The notes below the pieces were generated by a model. That model worked only from the letters and a program-made list of their open reading frames with translations, was not told where the DNA came from and ran no database searches. A stretch of DNA of 64,000 nucleotides from Azolla caroliniana (Eukaryota > Plantae > Polypodiophyta): contig JBHGNT010000015.1 in the NCBI GenBank assembly GCA_043228905.1, forward strand, positions 18,352,001 to 18,416,000. The letters run 5' to 3'. Shown here one piece after another: positions 1-12,307 of the stretch. A program made the position numbers and the translations under genes. Within the stretch, counting starts at the first letter, position 1. Each line of letters starts with the position of its first letter.

Positions 1-215
1 ATTTCAGGTATTGTAGTAGTTTTTGAAAACTTTGGGATATTCTTGTGAAAATCCACAACAGTAGTTATATTTTGGTGCGTTATATAATATATAATATATA
101 TCTATATATTAATTCAAGTACTGTATATTTTATCTCTCCTGTAAGGTTTCTTCCTTTTCTCCAAGCCGAGATCTAACCCTTTCTGTATATATTTTTTGTC
201 TTGATTTTGTCTCAG

Positions 216-1177
216 TTCATGGTGTGGAGTATGCATTTGGAGCTCATGATTACCCATCATCGGGTGTCTTTGAGGTTCAACCTAGGTGTTGCCCAGGCTT
301 CATCTTTCGGAAATCCATTGTTGTCGGGAGAACAGACAAGGATCCCATACAATTTCAAACTTTCATTGATCAAATGTCATTGGACTATGCCGGTGATTCC
401 TATCATCTGATAGCAAAGAACTGTAATCACTTCACCAATGATGTGCTAATGAAGCTTATTAAAAGACCTGCCCCAGGTTGGGTGAACCGGGTAGCAAGAA
501 TCGGTAAATATATATGAATTAGGAAGTTCTAGTATCAACATGTTAATATTAAAATGTAGAGAAAAAACACCAATATACCCATAAGTTGTTGAGTAAATAC
601 TAGAATACTGGTAGGTTTTCAAAACCTACCAGAATTCCCATCTGTAATACAAAATTGCAGGGATATTCTGGTAAATAGTAACTACCCAACAATTTCAGGG
701 TATTTTGACATTTTTCCTGAGAATCAATTTTCTTGTGTGCTAGAAGAATTTTTGTATAAAGTATTCTATTGTTAATCCCCACTTAAATAACTTTATGCAT
801 GAGCTTGGTTATTGTATAACTCATGGGATAGATCTGTATGTGTTTGCAGCTGCCTTTTGCAGCTGTCTTCTACCGGAGAGTTTGCAGATAAATTCTGTGA
901 GACATGATCCAGAAGACCAGAGCTATGAATATGCAAGTATGTGTAAAGTTTCCTATTTTGTGAAGAAGCTTTTGTATGTGTTTCCATTAGTTGATACCTC
1001 TGAGAGTCTGTGTCTAATATGGAAACGAGGACGGCTCTTTGAAATGCAGATGTACAAGAAGACTTCTTCGATGAGGAGCAACATTTGCTAAGGGCGCCGA
1101 ATGGCAATTTACAATCCGATATGCAAGATTATTTTTATGACCCAACAATGATAAAGCGAACGGCATCAAATATTTAA
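216..1177 (+). CDS. DeSI/PPPDE (DUF862) putative thiol peptidase, 3' exons (5' part lies upstream of the window)
   Basis: Exon 216-503 (AG 214-215, GT 504-505) encodes VHGVEYAFGAHDYPSSGVFEVQPRCCPGF...YHLIAKNCNHFT...PGWVNRVARI, with the catalytic NCNHF motif. A phase-compatible exon 850-936 encodes AFCSCLLPESLQ. A probable last exon is 1050-1177 (QEDFFDEEQHLLRAP..., stop TAA); that boundary is less certain. Confidence 0.88.
586..693. repeat. Small fold-back (MITE-like) element in the DeSI intron
   Basis: Imperfect terminal inverted repeats (gttgttgagtaaatacta / tagtaactacccaacaat) enclose a perfect 12-bp hairpin ctggtaggtttt-c-aaaacctaccag at 608-632. Confidence 0.4.
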
Positions 1178-1894
1178 TAAGCAAGTGAACTATATAAAAA
1201 TCCTGAGTTTGCAGCCAATATGAACCAGGGTCCATTTGTTACCGTATTCTTTCTTGAGTAATTTGTCACTTGTATACTTTCTTCTCTCTTCGACTGCGAA
1301 GGATGTTGTACGGCTGACTGAACATACAGGCTTCAAAACAAACTACTGCTTCTAGCACTCACACATCATTTATTAGGCCTTCTTTTATTAATTTTCGAGG
1401 AGACCATTAACGACTTGTAACGTATGTTATCCTTGGAGGGTACTGCCCTTTTGTGTAATATCAGGAATAAAAATTATGAACACAAAAAAGATAAAAACAA
1501 ATTGTTTCAAACTATGCTTAATATTATTATTATTTGGGTTGGATGGGAATTGTGCTGTTGGTGGCTGGACGTTTGCATATATTTTCATAATGAGAAATGC
1601 AAAACCTTAAGAGAATTCAAGAGGTGCTTTTAGGAAAGAGTTGGGAGGGAGTATGGTGTTTGAAAATAGAGAGGCATGGATGATGTTTGGGAAGATATTT
1701 AAACTGACTTCTATGGATTGATTGCCAAAATACTGCCTACTTGTTTTTTATATTTGTAAACTGATTTAATAGGTGTTTTAGCAAACGATGCGTTATAACA
1801 ATCTATTCTGATTCTTTAAGTTTTTGTGTTTTTTAAAAGTTATTACCTTGTTTGTAACAATTTAATGGTGATGTATGATGAAGCATGATGTGAT

Positions 1895-2533
1895 CCGAGT
1901 ATCTTTTGGTTGTATTCGATGTCAATTACAAATGGAAACTCAAAAACATTGTTTATGGGAATGCATTGAGTCAACAGATATGGCAATGATTCCTTATTAT
2001 TTTCCCCCATTGGTTTTCACTTGGGGCATGGTGGTTTGGACATCACTTGTCCGTGATGTCTTCCATTATGACAATGAATCTATGGACCATGGCTTTTACA
2101 CTAAATATGGAAGTGTTCATACATTACCACTGTTGTCATTACAGTTTTCAGGAGTAAGGAAGGAAGTTCAACCAGTATGGGAGATACTGAGTAGTACCAT
2201 TGTATATCACATTTGGAAGGCTAGGTGTTCTCTCGTTTTCCATCAACTTATAACACCATCAACTGAAGTGGTTTTGAACATTTGGTTAGACATAGTTCAT
2301 ACTTTGAAAGGTCAATGAGATGGTATAGTTGGAGATTCTGAGGCTAAAATTGCTCAACGGAGTGAGTTTCTTATTATCTGGACAACTACTCCATTTTTTA
2401 CATCCAATTACAGCACTCTGTATTGGCATTTTCAGCCGCCGAAATGGTTGTTTCCCCCGCCAATCACATAGAGGTTTAAAATCTTGTAAATTGTTTATAC
2501 TAATGACAAGACATCTTTAAAAAAAGAAAAAAA
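1895..2533 (+). mobile_element. 5'-truncated L1-type LINE (3' end of ORF2, zf-RVT region)
   Basis: Encodes CIRCQLQMETQKHCLWEC...HIWKARC...WLFPPPIT*, followed by an A-rich tail at 2519-2533. TSD catgatgtgat at 1884-1894 and 2534-2544. Closely similar to 23580-24231. Confidence 0.9.
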
Positions 2534-3678
2534 CATGATGTGATGTGCCAACTTCATTTTGCTCCAACCATAAATTATTTGTGTAATGACTTGAGTGTTT
2601 GTGGAATGAGCTACAATTCACGTTTAACTTATTACTTTATAATGTAATGCATGTATTCAGGTTCTAGTTTTGTGAGTATCATAATCTTATCAATGGTTGA
2701 TTTTTTTTTAACCATTGTCAAATGTGTAAGTTGTATTAGGTTATAGTTGGTTTCAAGAACATTGGCAATTCGTGAATAGAAATAGAGTGTAAGCTATATT
2801 AGGTTATAGTTGGTTTGAAGAACATTGGCGATTTGTGAATAGAAATAGAGGACAAACTTTATTTTGCTTTGCACATGATAATTTGGGTCATCCAAATGTG
2901 TTTCAATTTCTTTACTTATTTCACAAAACACTTCTCTTAACATGCTTATTATTTCACCTTGACCCTAGTCAACCCCTCAAGAGAGGAAATGGGTACGAAC
3001 TTAACCATGTAATTTGTTCAAATAACATGTATAATTGAGAGAAAGGTGATCCAAGATGATAGCTTGTCTGAAAGGCATTTCAAAGACTTTTGGGGAGAAA
3101 ACAAAAAAATTGGTGGCATTTGGGGAAATACAAAAAAATTCGAGAGTATTCTGGACTTGTCTTAAACTAATAAATTAGAAAAGTTAGGAGCAAAATTAAT
3201 AAATTGGAAAGGTTAGGAGCAACTCGAACGCTCCACATATTTGCACAACTTTGCATGCAATTCATACAAGGAGCTCAAATCAAAGGTCTTACAACATCTC
3301 AGGCGCAACCAACATTTCCTTTGGAGACGTGTCAAAACGCATCCTTAAACATTGGCAAAAGCCATGTATAAAACTTAGGTCTTTGCTCCAGCTTATCTAG
3401 AAACGGGGATCCACATGCAACTCCTCACGCATAAAAGGAGCTCAAACACTCAGGAAGCCCAGGACATTTGTCCCCTGCGAGACGTATGGATGAGGGGGGT
3501 TGAATCCAAAATACAACTCGAGGAAGCATTGTGTTGGAGCTTACGCAAGCCATCTTTTGAACATATCGGCAATTGCCTCGATAATTTCGAACAAAGTTGA
3601 TAGTCCGTAAAGGCATGTCCATAGCGGTTCGGACAAAACCTATAGACATTGGCCGGACAAACCTATAGACACCTTCTT

Positions 3679-3681
<3 letters not shown>

Positions 3682-3724
<43 letters not shown>

Positions 3725-4018
3725 GGTTTCATACTAGAGAAGAAACCCTATTAAGTGGTTTCAGCTGAAGCATAACTGCCATTAACGGCTTGCACAGAGC
3801 AGGAGGTCTGGAGAACAGAGGAGCCAGACAAACAGATCGAGACAGAGACAGAGAGAACAGAGAGACAGATACAGAGACAGATACAGAGACAGAGAGAACA
3901 GAGAGACAGATACAGATACAGAGACAGAGACAGAGACAGAGACAGAGAGAACAGAGAGACAAAGACAGATAGAACAGAGAGAACAGAGAGAACAGAGACG
4001 GAGAGCCAGCCAAGAGAG
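3682..4018. repeat. (GA)n microsatellite plus compound GAGACA/GATACA repeat upstream of the coiled-coil gene
   Basis: (GA)~20 at 3682-3721 and acagagacag-type repeats at ~3826-4018, directly 5' of the ATG at 4030. Confidence 0.9.
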
Positions 4019-4029
4019 AATATGAAGCA

Positions 4030-5345
4030 ATGGAGGATGAAGCTTCCCTGCCTCTCAGCTTCTATTGCCGGAACGCGCGCCTCTGGCTGAAGAAGGCGGC
4101 ATTCAGCCGGAGATCTCGGCTCTTCTCTGACGAGCTTTCGCACCTCCGCAAGTTCGAGGCGCTCTTGTGCACCACCATTCCTTCTCATCCTGAGAGCCTC
4201 CGATCGATCGGATCAGAGGTAGTAGTTACCTGTACAGGCAGTGGCATGGTAGCAGAGCTTCAGGCCATTCTTCCTGACTGCCGGAGGCGGATCCTAGAGC
4301 TCGAATCCGAGGCCACCAGTGGAAAACCACAGATCCTTACTGATTTGGATGGCCAATCATCCCACACCACCAATTTGAGTGGCCGTTCCTCGGTTTCCTA
4401 CCAATCATTTCACGCGAAAAATGCGGGTAGATGCTCATCAGGTTTGGCAGATTCGGGCCAATCGCATCACGAAGATTCGACTGCTGCTCCTCCTCCTTCA
4501 CATTCGCCTGATTCCAGTGACCTATCACATATCATTATTACCGATTTGGCCGGCCATTCATCAGCTTCCTCAGATTCGGACCAATCTCATTACATTAATT
4601 TGGGCAGCCTTTCTTCAGGTTGGGTCAATTCAGTCCAATCACATCATCACGCGACGAAATTGGTTGTCCCTTCTTTAGCTTCTGATTTGGTTTCCGAACA
4701 ATCACATCAGGGGAGGAATTTAAATCAATATTCTTCAGGTTTACTTAATTCTGATCAATCACATCACACCGACTGTGATCTTTTACATTCAGCTGATTCC
4801 TCCCACCTACAGCACGCCCCAAAATTGGGTGGCCATTCTTCTGCTATTTGCAGTGAATCACACCACACAACAAGTTTGGGAGGCCATTTTACAGCTGATT
4901 CCGGCCAATCGCATTATACCCCAGATTTGGGTTGCTATTCTTGCTCGGCTTCGCCAGGAGCCTCCAACTACGGCCAGAAGATACGCTCTCTATCCAAATC
5001 TCCTGACAAAAGGGTAGCCATTATGATGCCAGTGGCCAAAGAGAAGAGGGACAGGGAAGGTGATCGAGCTGCTTACTCTTCTCTTTCTCCGACCAAGAAG
5101 CAGCAAAGTTTGGGTACTTGGACAGCCAACCCTCAACACATGAATGTAGGGAGCTCAAAACGTAATAGCTCCTCAAGTAGTGCTGGGCCTGGCAATGAAT
5201 GTGGAGGAGGAGCCCTTACCTCCCCCCATAGATTAGCTGCGGTTAAACTTGCTCTCACCAAAGCCAATATGAAATCTGGAGCTTTGCTTTCCAAGGATTG
5301 TCCAGACCTGCCCATGAATAGTGTCACTTCAGGTACTCAGCCTCA

Positions 5346-5397
<52 letters not shown>

Positions 5398-8300
5398 GCA
5401 TGAATTTATGTGTATGTATATATGAGTGTGTGTCACGGAGGTGACTGATGATGAAGAATTAGGGTTTGATTCTGAAGAGGGAGCATGAGAAACCGGTACC
5501 ACATCCAAAGTGGTACCTGTTTATGATTCTACTACCCCAACATCATGAGATTTTGTAGGCAAAGTGGACAGCATACATAGCTAGGTATAGAGTGAAGCCT
5601 AGCACACCTGCACAAGGTCATAATGTTGAACATTTATGGACAAATATGAGGGAAAGTGGACTATCAACTTTCGATGGTAGAATAAGAGGTCTATCATGGT
5701 GGTGACTGGTGATGAAGAATTAGGGTTTTATTCTGAAGAGGGAGCATGAGAAATGGGTACCACATCCATGGAAGGTAGCAGGCATGCAAAATACCCAATT
5801 CCGACAGTGGGATTTAGTGACATTGAACTTCGTTGGCATTTGATATACACTTAGGCTATCTGGATCTCCCACTGTCAAAAATGGGCTATCTTTTCTGCAA
5901 CATCAAATTAGATATAGATGTACATACCAAAACATTAACACACATGATCTAGAAGCGTCGATAATTTTGTTCTGTTCTTCTCCCCTGCAGACATACATAT
6001 TCTAAACATAGAGTTCATGGATGAGTAAATTGTAGCTCATCGATTAGATTTGATCTAATTATTGATGGCCATGAATTCTTATGATGAACAGATGATGAGA
6101 GTTTGCAAGAAATGAGAGGAGGATGCAGTGATAAGAGGAATGACAGAAGAAACGAGGCATCCATAGATGTGGGTCTTTCTAGTACCACATCTGAAGTCAT
6201 GAAAACGAGTTCGCAAGTCTCTGGAGTACAACAATTATCTCTAAATTACAGTGCAGATATAAGTGGTTGCGAGACATTATACCCTGACGATAAGAGGTTA
6301 GATCGTCGGTTTAGCTATGCTTGTCGATTTGTTGAGAGGAAGAAGGAAAATATTAACTATACAGTGCAAAGTCCAAATTGTACATCTGATATAGAAACAG
6401 AAAAAGATGATGACAATGGGTCCGAAAGAAAGATCTCTTCAGATAGGTGTATTAACAATGATGGTGATACGGTGATCTCATATCATATAGATGAAGATCA
6501 TGCTAAAAAATATAGCTCTGCAGAAGAAAGTGTTGATCCTGAAGTAGCTTCTTCCTGTACATTAGAGATATTTTCCAAGCATTTGAACTGTAGTGACATG
6601 AACCATTTCTCTGTGGCTGAACGCAGATCGATGAAAAGGATAGGTCATGAAGAAGTGGCAGTAGAAGAGAATTTGGTTGGAAGGAATCAAACCGGATGTT
6701 CATCAAAGGGAGAGGTGTTGCAGAGGATGCCTCCGGTGATGAGTAGCTCGTCGAGATCACATCGGAAAAAATGTCGGAACAGAGGAGTTCTCAGTGTGAT
6801 GGATGATGTGATAAGAAAAGCCATGAATTCTCACTCTGTTGCAATACAAACTAACAAGGTAGTCACTAACAACCAAGGTTTGAATAGGACATCAAGTTTG
6901 ATGATGAGAAACAAGGCTTCAAAGAAGGGGAGATTGAACCGTGATGCCGAAGAGGTAGAGGCTGAGACCAATGCGTTACAAAGCTTGCTGGGTGAACTGA
7001 GAGGATGTATTGAAGGTTTTACCACATTGATAGAAGAGGAGGGTGAGAGATGGCAACATGAGATCCATTCTCTTGAGAAGGATTTGCATAGATGGAAAGA
7101 TAGTACAGATCATGAGCTGAATGGGATGAAGAGGAACTCAGATGATGTACAGAAAATGATGGATGAACTCAGAAGAGGGTTGCATAGAGTTGAGAGGGTT
7201 CTTGAAGAATACTCAGAACAAGGAGTTAAGCTCAAGCAAGGGTCAAAAGCTAAGCAAGAAAAGGTAGAGAATGTTGATCCCACTGCATTATGTATGGACA
7301 CTATGAAGAAGGAAATGGAAGCTCTAGTTGCAAGTATGAAGGCCGAACTAACGTCTGAGCTTACAGAAAAGATCAAACAAAGGGACATGGATACACTCGA
7401 GCTCGGGGTGTCTAAACAATTCAAGGACATGAAGAAAGACATGGAGTTTGCCCTTGTAGAAAGTGAAAAGCTTAGAATATCAGAGAGGAAACAGATTGAA
7501 GCACTGATAGAGGGTAAGATATCTGAAAGGAGTGCCCCTCAACAAACGGAGAAGATCATGTCGGAAAAGACGGTAGCAGACATGAAGGAAGAGCTTCAGA
7601 TGCTATGGGATGAAGTTGATTTCATTGCTAAGGGGAGAGAGGAGATAAAAGCAGATGTAGAGAAACTATCCTATATAGCTGAGGAAGCTAAGCAAAAGAT
7701 TGTGCAGGAGCAAGAGCTACTCAAAACAGAGAATGGGATGTTGAAGAAGCAACTTCATCTCTTCAAGAGAGAAAGTGTGCAAGTAAGGGCTGAACATGAC
7801 ATGTTCAAGAGAGGGATTGAAGAAGAGTTGGATGATATCAGGTCAAGCCTCCAAAGCATGACAGTGTGTGAGCAGACCATGAAGAAGATGATCGAGAAGG
7901 CGGTACTAGAAAGTACTAATAAGATTCATGATAGTGTGGAAGAAAGCCACCATGGGAGGACACTCATTATGGAGAAAGTGGAGAGCATTTCTCAGCTCTA
8001 CCTTGGAGGTCTTGAGGATGTGAGAGATGAGCTTCTCGGATTCAAGCTCCAGACACTCGACCAAATGAAAGACGTAGAAGGCCGATGTGCCGAGCTCGAA
8101 CAGTGGCAAGCAAAGAAACAAATTGAGACTGTTTCTCTTCTTCATTCATTGGAGGAGATGTCGTTGGGTACTGACCTAGAAAACAGGGTTCTCCACCTTG
8201 AAAGAAAGGTTGAGGAACAGGGGAACCTTGACTCAGAGACTAAGTTAAACTCGTTGTCTTCCATTGAAGAAGTTCTAAAAGAGAAGAGTGGGATAGCTTT

Positions 8301-10773
8301 AAAGAAGGCTACCAATGCTGCAGACATGGCTAATGCCATTGTTACAGAGATGGTGGCCAGCTTCTCGACTGAGATGGAGAACATGATGAGGCAGAGCCAG
8401 AGTGTACAAGATACTCTGGCAGCTGAGAGAGAATCAGCAAGGACGTTAGCATCTGATTTAATGAAGACGGTGAATGAGGAGATCGGAAGAGAGATGAAAA
8501 TGACCATGGATTTCTTAACTGCAGCCAAGAGTGATGGTATCAGCAATATCCAGGAGGAGATTGGAAAAATGGTCAGTTCCCAGAAAGAAGCTGCAGAAAA
8601 GTCTGAGAAAGTTCTAATGGAGGTATATGAGGTTCGGAAGGAGTGCTTATCGATATCTGAAGAGATGGCTAAGCATGTAAACATGGAAGAGGAAAAGCTC
8701 CTTTCCCTATTGAATCAGAGAGAGGGATCTATCCCAAATGAAGACAAAGAAGAAAAAACAGCAGCTATGTCACATGAAGATTTGAGCCTCCGTATCGGAA
8801 AGACAGAACATGAATTAGCTGATCTCGAACGTCTTGTGCAAGAAGTTAATGCCTCTATAAAATCTTTGAGCACAAAGAGGGAGGAAGAACCAAATCTAAG
8901 AGATGAGATGATAAAGCATGACATTGAGGATTTAAAGAAGAAGCTGGAAGATTCTTCCATCAGGTCAGAGGACAACAAAAGTGAGAACAATAACAGAATC
9001 GAAGCTTTCAAGAATGACCAGCAACGTTTGAGGCAAGAAATGGAAAAGTTTCAAAAGAAGATAGATAAAAGCCAGGATGAAACAAATCAAAAGGTCACTT
9101 TGCTTGAAACTATGCATTTGAACATGGCTTCCTCTGTTCAGGATCTGCAAAGTAGCAATGGAGACTTGCACAAGTCAGCTGAAATGTGGTTACAGAAGTA
9201 TGCATCGGCAGCTACGCTTCTACAGGACTTGGAGAAGAAGATCTTGTCTTTAGAACATGGAATCGTCGATGGGAAGCTTGAAGAGAAAGAATTATCCGAG
9301 TTTGATAATGACGAGAATAAACTGGGTCTTAACAACATGACCCCAAAACAAAAGGAGAGGTTGATCAATCTATATCATGAGTTGTCTCGATACATGCAAA
9401 AGATAAAAGAATGCGATGGAGATATTGACGATGGTGGCAGACCTGTCAACACGAAGCTTTTTGAGAGCTTGGAGACCCGAATTACTCGAGTAGAGTCTGA
9501 TGCTATCTCTAATTTGCGGTACGATATCATTTTTTCACCTTTACTCTGGTTCAAAGAAGATTGAATGTATCAAAATGTACCCAGAAAACTGTTAGATATT
9601 TTCCGACAATGGTTCTGATTAGGAAATAATACAATAAGCTTGCTGAAGCACTTAAACATGTTTGGGTGAGATGGAGTTCAAAAAGCTCTCATAATGTCAA
9701 TGAACATAATTTGACTGTTGGGAAATGAAGGGGAAATTTGGGCTCTTTCTAACAATGTGATAAGGAAATGCCTGAGAGAAATCCAATGATGCAAAATATC
9801 TAATACTTTGGGGGAATTTATTTTTTTTTGTTTTTTTTTTGCTTCTCCTTACATGAATTTGCAAGTTTGTAAGCTAAAAAATGCTATGTAGCTATACTGC
9901 AGGATCGTGGAAGAGAAAATGGAGAATGTTCGGGTCGGTGTGCAGACGGCATTAGAAGGAGCTTCCATGGCAGAAAACAAATGCAGCGATCTTGGAGGAC
10001 AGCTCCTGAAGCTGTTCCGCATGCTCACGGTGACGAAGAAAGAAAGCCCCTCGAGGATGACAATTACTGTGTCCGCTGACGATGAACTCTGTACAAACGA
10101 ACAAGGACCCCGAGAAGGACACATTGGCATGAGATTGCCATTGGGTCTCAATAATGATGAGTCCCCATGCATGCGTTGCAAGGAAGATAGTAATCATATG
10201 GTAGAGCAGAATTACCACCATGTCAATGGACTTGACATGGCTTTTAATGCTGAGAGAAACAAGCCAAATGAGTGCTACATTAACAACATTCAGGGGGTCA
10301 GAAACTCCACTGCTGAGCAAAAAACTATTAGCACCCCCACATCAGTGGATAGAAATACTAAGGTTTGCATTATCCATGGTTTGAAGAGTTCACCCCGATG
10401 TCATGATCACCCTAATCATAATCGTGATGGTTCGGCCACACCAAAGGCGGCGATGAAGCGATACCATGAGCGAGGAAAACAAGAAGAACTAAGCAACCAA
10501 AGTATGGTAGGAGGAAGGAATGCTACAGTAAGTGAAGGGAAGATGCCCATAAAATTTAATGATGAGAGGAAGAATGAAACTAGTCCAAAGAAGCAATACA
10601 TGTTGGATGGGAGATCGGAATGCCAATCAAGCAATACAAGGTTAGGCGCAGGGAAATCACAAGTGCATTTGCGTAGTCGACCAGCTTCAGCATTGGCATC
10701 AGCATCGGCATCACTTGTGCCAATGCCGAGTAAGAGGTGTGACCAATCCAACCGAACTCCACATCTTTTATAA
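4030..10773 (+). CDS. Large (~1866 aa) uncharacterised protein: Ser/His-rich repeat N-terminus, long coiled coil, disordered C-terminus
   Basis: Exons 4030-5332, 6092-9518 and 9903-10773 are joined by phase-1 and phase-2 GT-AG introns, giving 5601 nt with an open frame. Exon 2 is a long E/K/L/M-rich heptad-like region. Confidence 0.8.
5349..5396. repeat. (CT)n microsatellite at the start of intron 1
   Basis: About 24 CT units. Confidence 0.95.
5434..5510 (+). pseudogene. Decayed 18S rDNA fragment (copy 1)
   Basis: ggtgactgatgatgaagaattagggtttgattctgaagagggagcatgagaaaccggtaccacatccaa matches the conserved 18S segment GGTGACGGGTGACGGAGAATTAGGGTTCGATTCCGGAGAGGGAGCCTGAGAAACGGCTACCACATCCAA, with many differences being CpG transitions. 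Confidence 0.85.
5661..5822 (+). pseudogene. Decayed 18S rDNA fragment (copy 2)
   Basis: ctatcaactttcgatggtag...gaattaggg...taccacatccatggaaggtagcaggcatgcaaaatacccaat...tagtgaca follows the 18S consensus from CTATCAACTTTCGATGGTAGG to GTAGTGACA. Confidence 0.9.
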
Positions 10774-12307
10774 ACCATGTATACAAAGCTTATGGTAGTC
10801 ACAAGTTCCTGCTTTACTACAGATCATTTGTGTGTGCTTCTCTGAGGATCTGATCATTGATTACCAATATGATCATAATTTTTGTAATTTGTCTGTGACC
10901 CCATCCACCACACATGTATGAGTATCAATCATTCTTGGTTCTTTTGTCCATATAGAGCAAAAAAGAGAAAAAGAGGGAGATATTTGTTTCCTGTTGTTTT
11001 GTGATTGATTCATGGTTTGCTTTTAAGATGATTTCTATTTGGCTTTCTTCTCTCTTAGCAATTTCCACCTTTTACTTGTTCTTTTGTATGAAAACAAAAA
11101 TACTACAATAGGCAGGCATGTACTCTTTACATCTACATAATTTAAGAAAGGACAAAAAACTGCACCAACGTTCTCTTTTTTTCTCAAAATGCCGCTACAT
11201 GTTTTCGATACTTACCAAAATGCCCTCATTGACCAGAATTTAAAGCGCTGAGACTTTAAGATGAGCTTGACTGAAATTGTGGGTACATATTGGAGTTGCA
11301 TGGTTGGCTACAAGAATTTTCCTGAGAGAAAACTCCAAATTTACCAATAAGTTTTTCCCTATTTCTGAAAATGCCACTAAGCTTTCCATATTTCCCTAAA
11401 TGTACATGGTGTCAATTTACAAAATGGAGAAAAGTTGTATTAATTTAGATTATTGCAAGAACTACACATATAAATGACACAACACGAGCACTTTGACCAT
11501 AATACTGCTTAAGTAGAACATGCAATTACCCAATGGGCAATCTGTCCAGGGGATACAGTAAAACAACAGAAACATATTGACATTTGAAAAACAAAGAAAT
11601 ACTCAGGAAATTTGGTAATTTTTTTGGTTCCCATCATTAGTAGGTTTTCATTATTAATTATTTGTTCTTAGTGAATCAAGAAAAGACAGCCACTTCGAGG
11701 GTATTAGAAGCAGAAGCAGACACGAACAAAAATATTATTGATATTATTTCAAATATTTGTGGTTCTTCATTCATCCAACGCGCTATGATGCCTGGTCAAT
11801 AATTCATGACATCCATGACCTACCCCATTAGCATCTAACAGTGCAATTACATTCCATGTATAACGATAACTGTGCAAGCATTCCAAACTAATGAAATATC
11901 ATACCATCGAATGCAAATGATAAGGCTGTGAAAAACTCTCATTGGAACTAATTATTCTCAATAGCATGGATTTGCTTAATAATTTGATTTAACAGTTTCC
12001 ACTGGGCATATATGTGAGAAAAGAAGATCATCTGAGCTCTTACATTCAAAAAACTATAAACGTCGAGTCAGGACTCAAGGGATTTTTGTGCTGGAACTTT
12101 TCTTCTAGCAGGGACAATCTATTAGATCAGCTCAGAAAAGAAACAATCATAGGTTTGATCATGACGATAGGCAGTGATTTTCCTCAAGCAGAAGTGGGAT
12201 ATTGGGGTAATATAGAAATGTAAAAAAAGCTTGTGCATTTGGGTCTCATACCAAATGTTTTTCATAAAAGGGAACATGTATACACATTGTTATCAATTTA
12301 GACAAAC

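Noticed and set aside
3729-4188. ORFs rich in SLSL/CLCL/RQRQ
   Set aside because: These are translations of GA/GACA microsatellites.
5434-5822. Functional rRNA gene
   Set aside because: The pieces are short, CpG-decayed and intronic, with no ITS/5.8S/26S context.
6503-10802. Numerous minus-strand ORFs over the coiled-coil gene
   Set aside because: These are antisense shadows (S/F/L-rich) of an E/K-rich coding strand.
11149-11405. Possible MITE/MULE-derived remnant (aaaatgcc-rich), with a similar inverted-looking patch at ~3070-3160
   Set aside because: I could not define matching TIRs or a TSD by eye.
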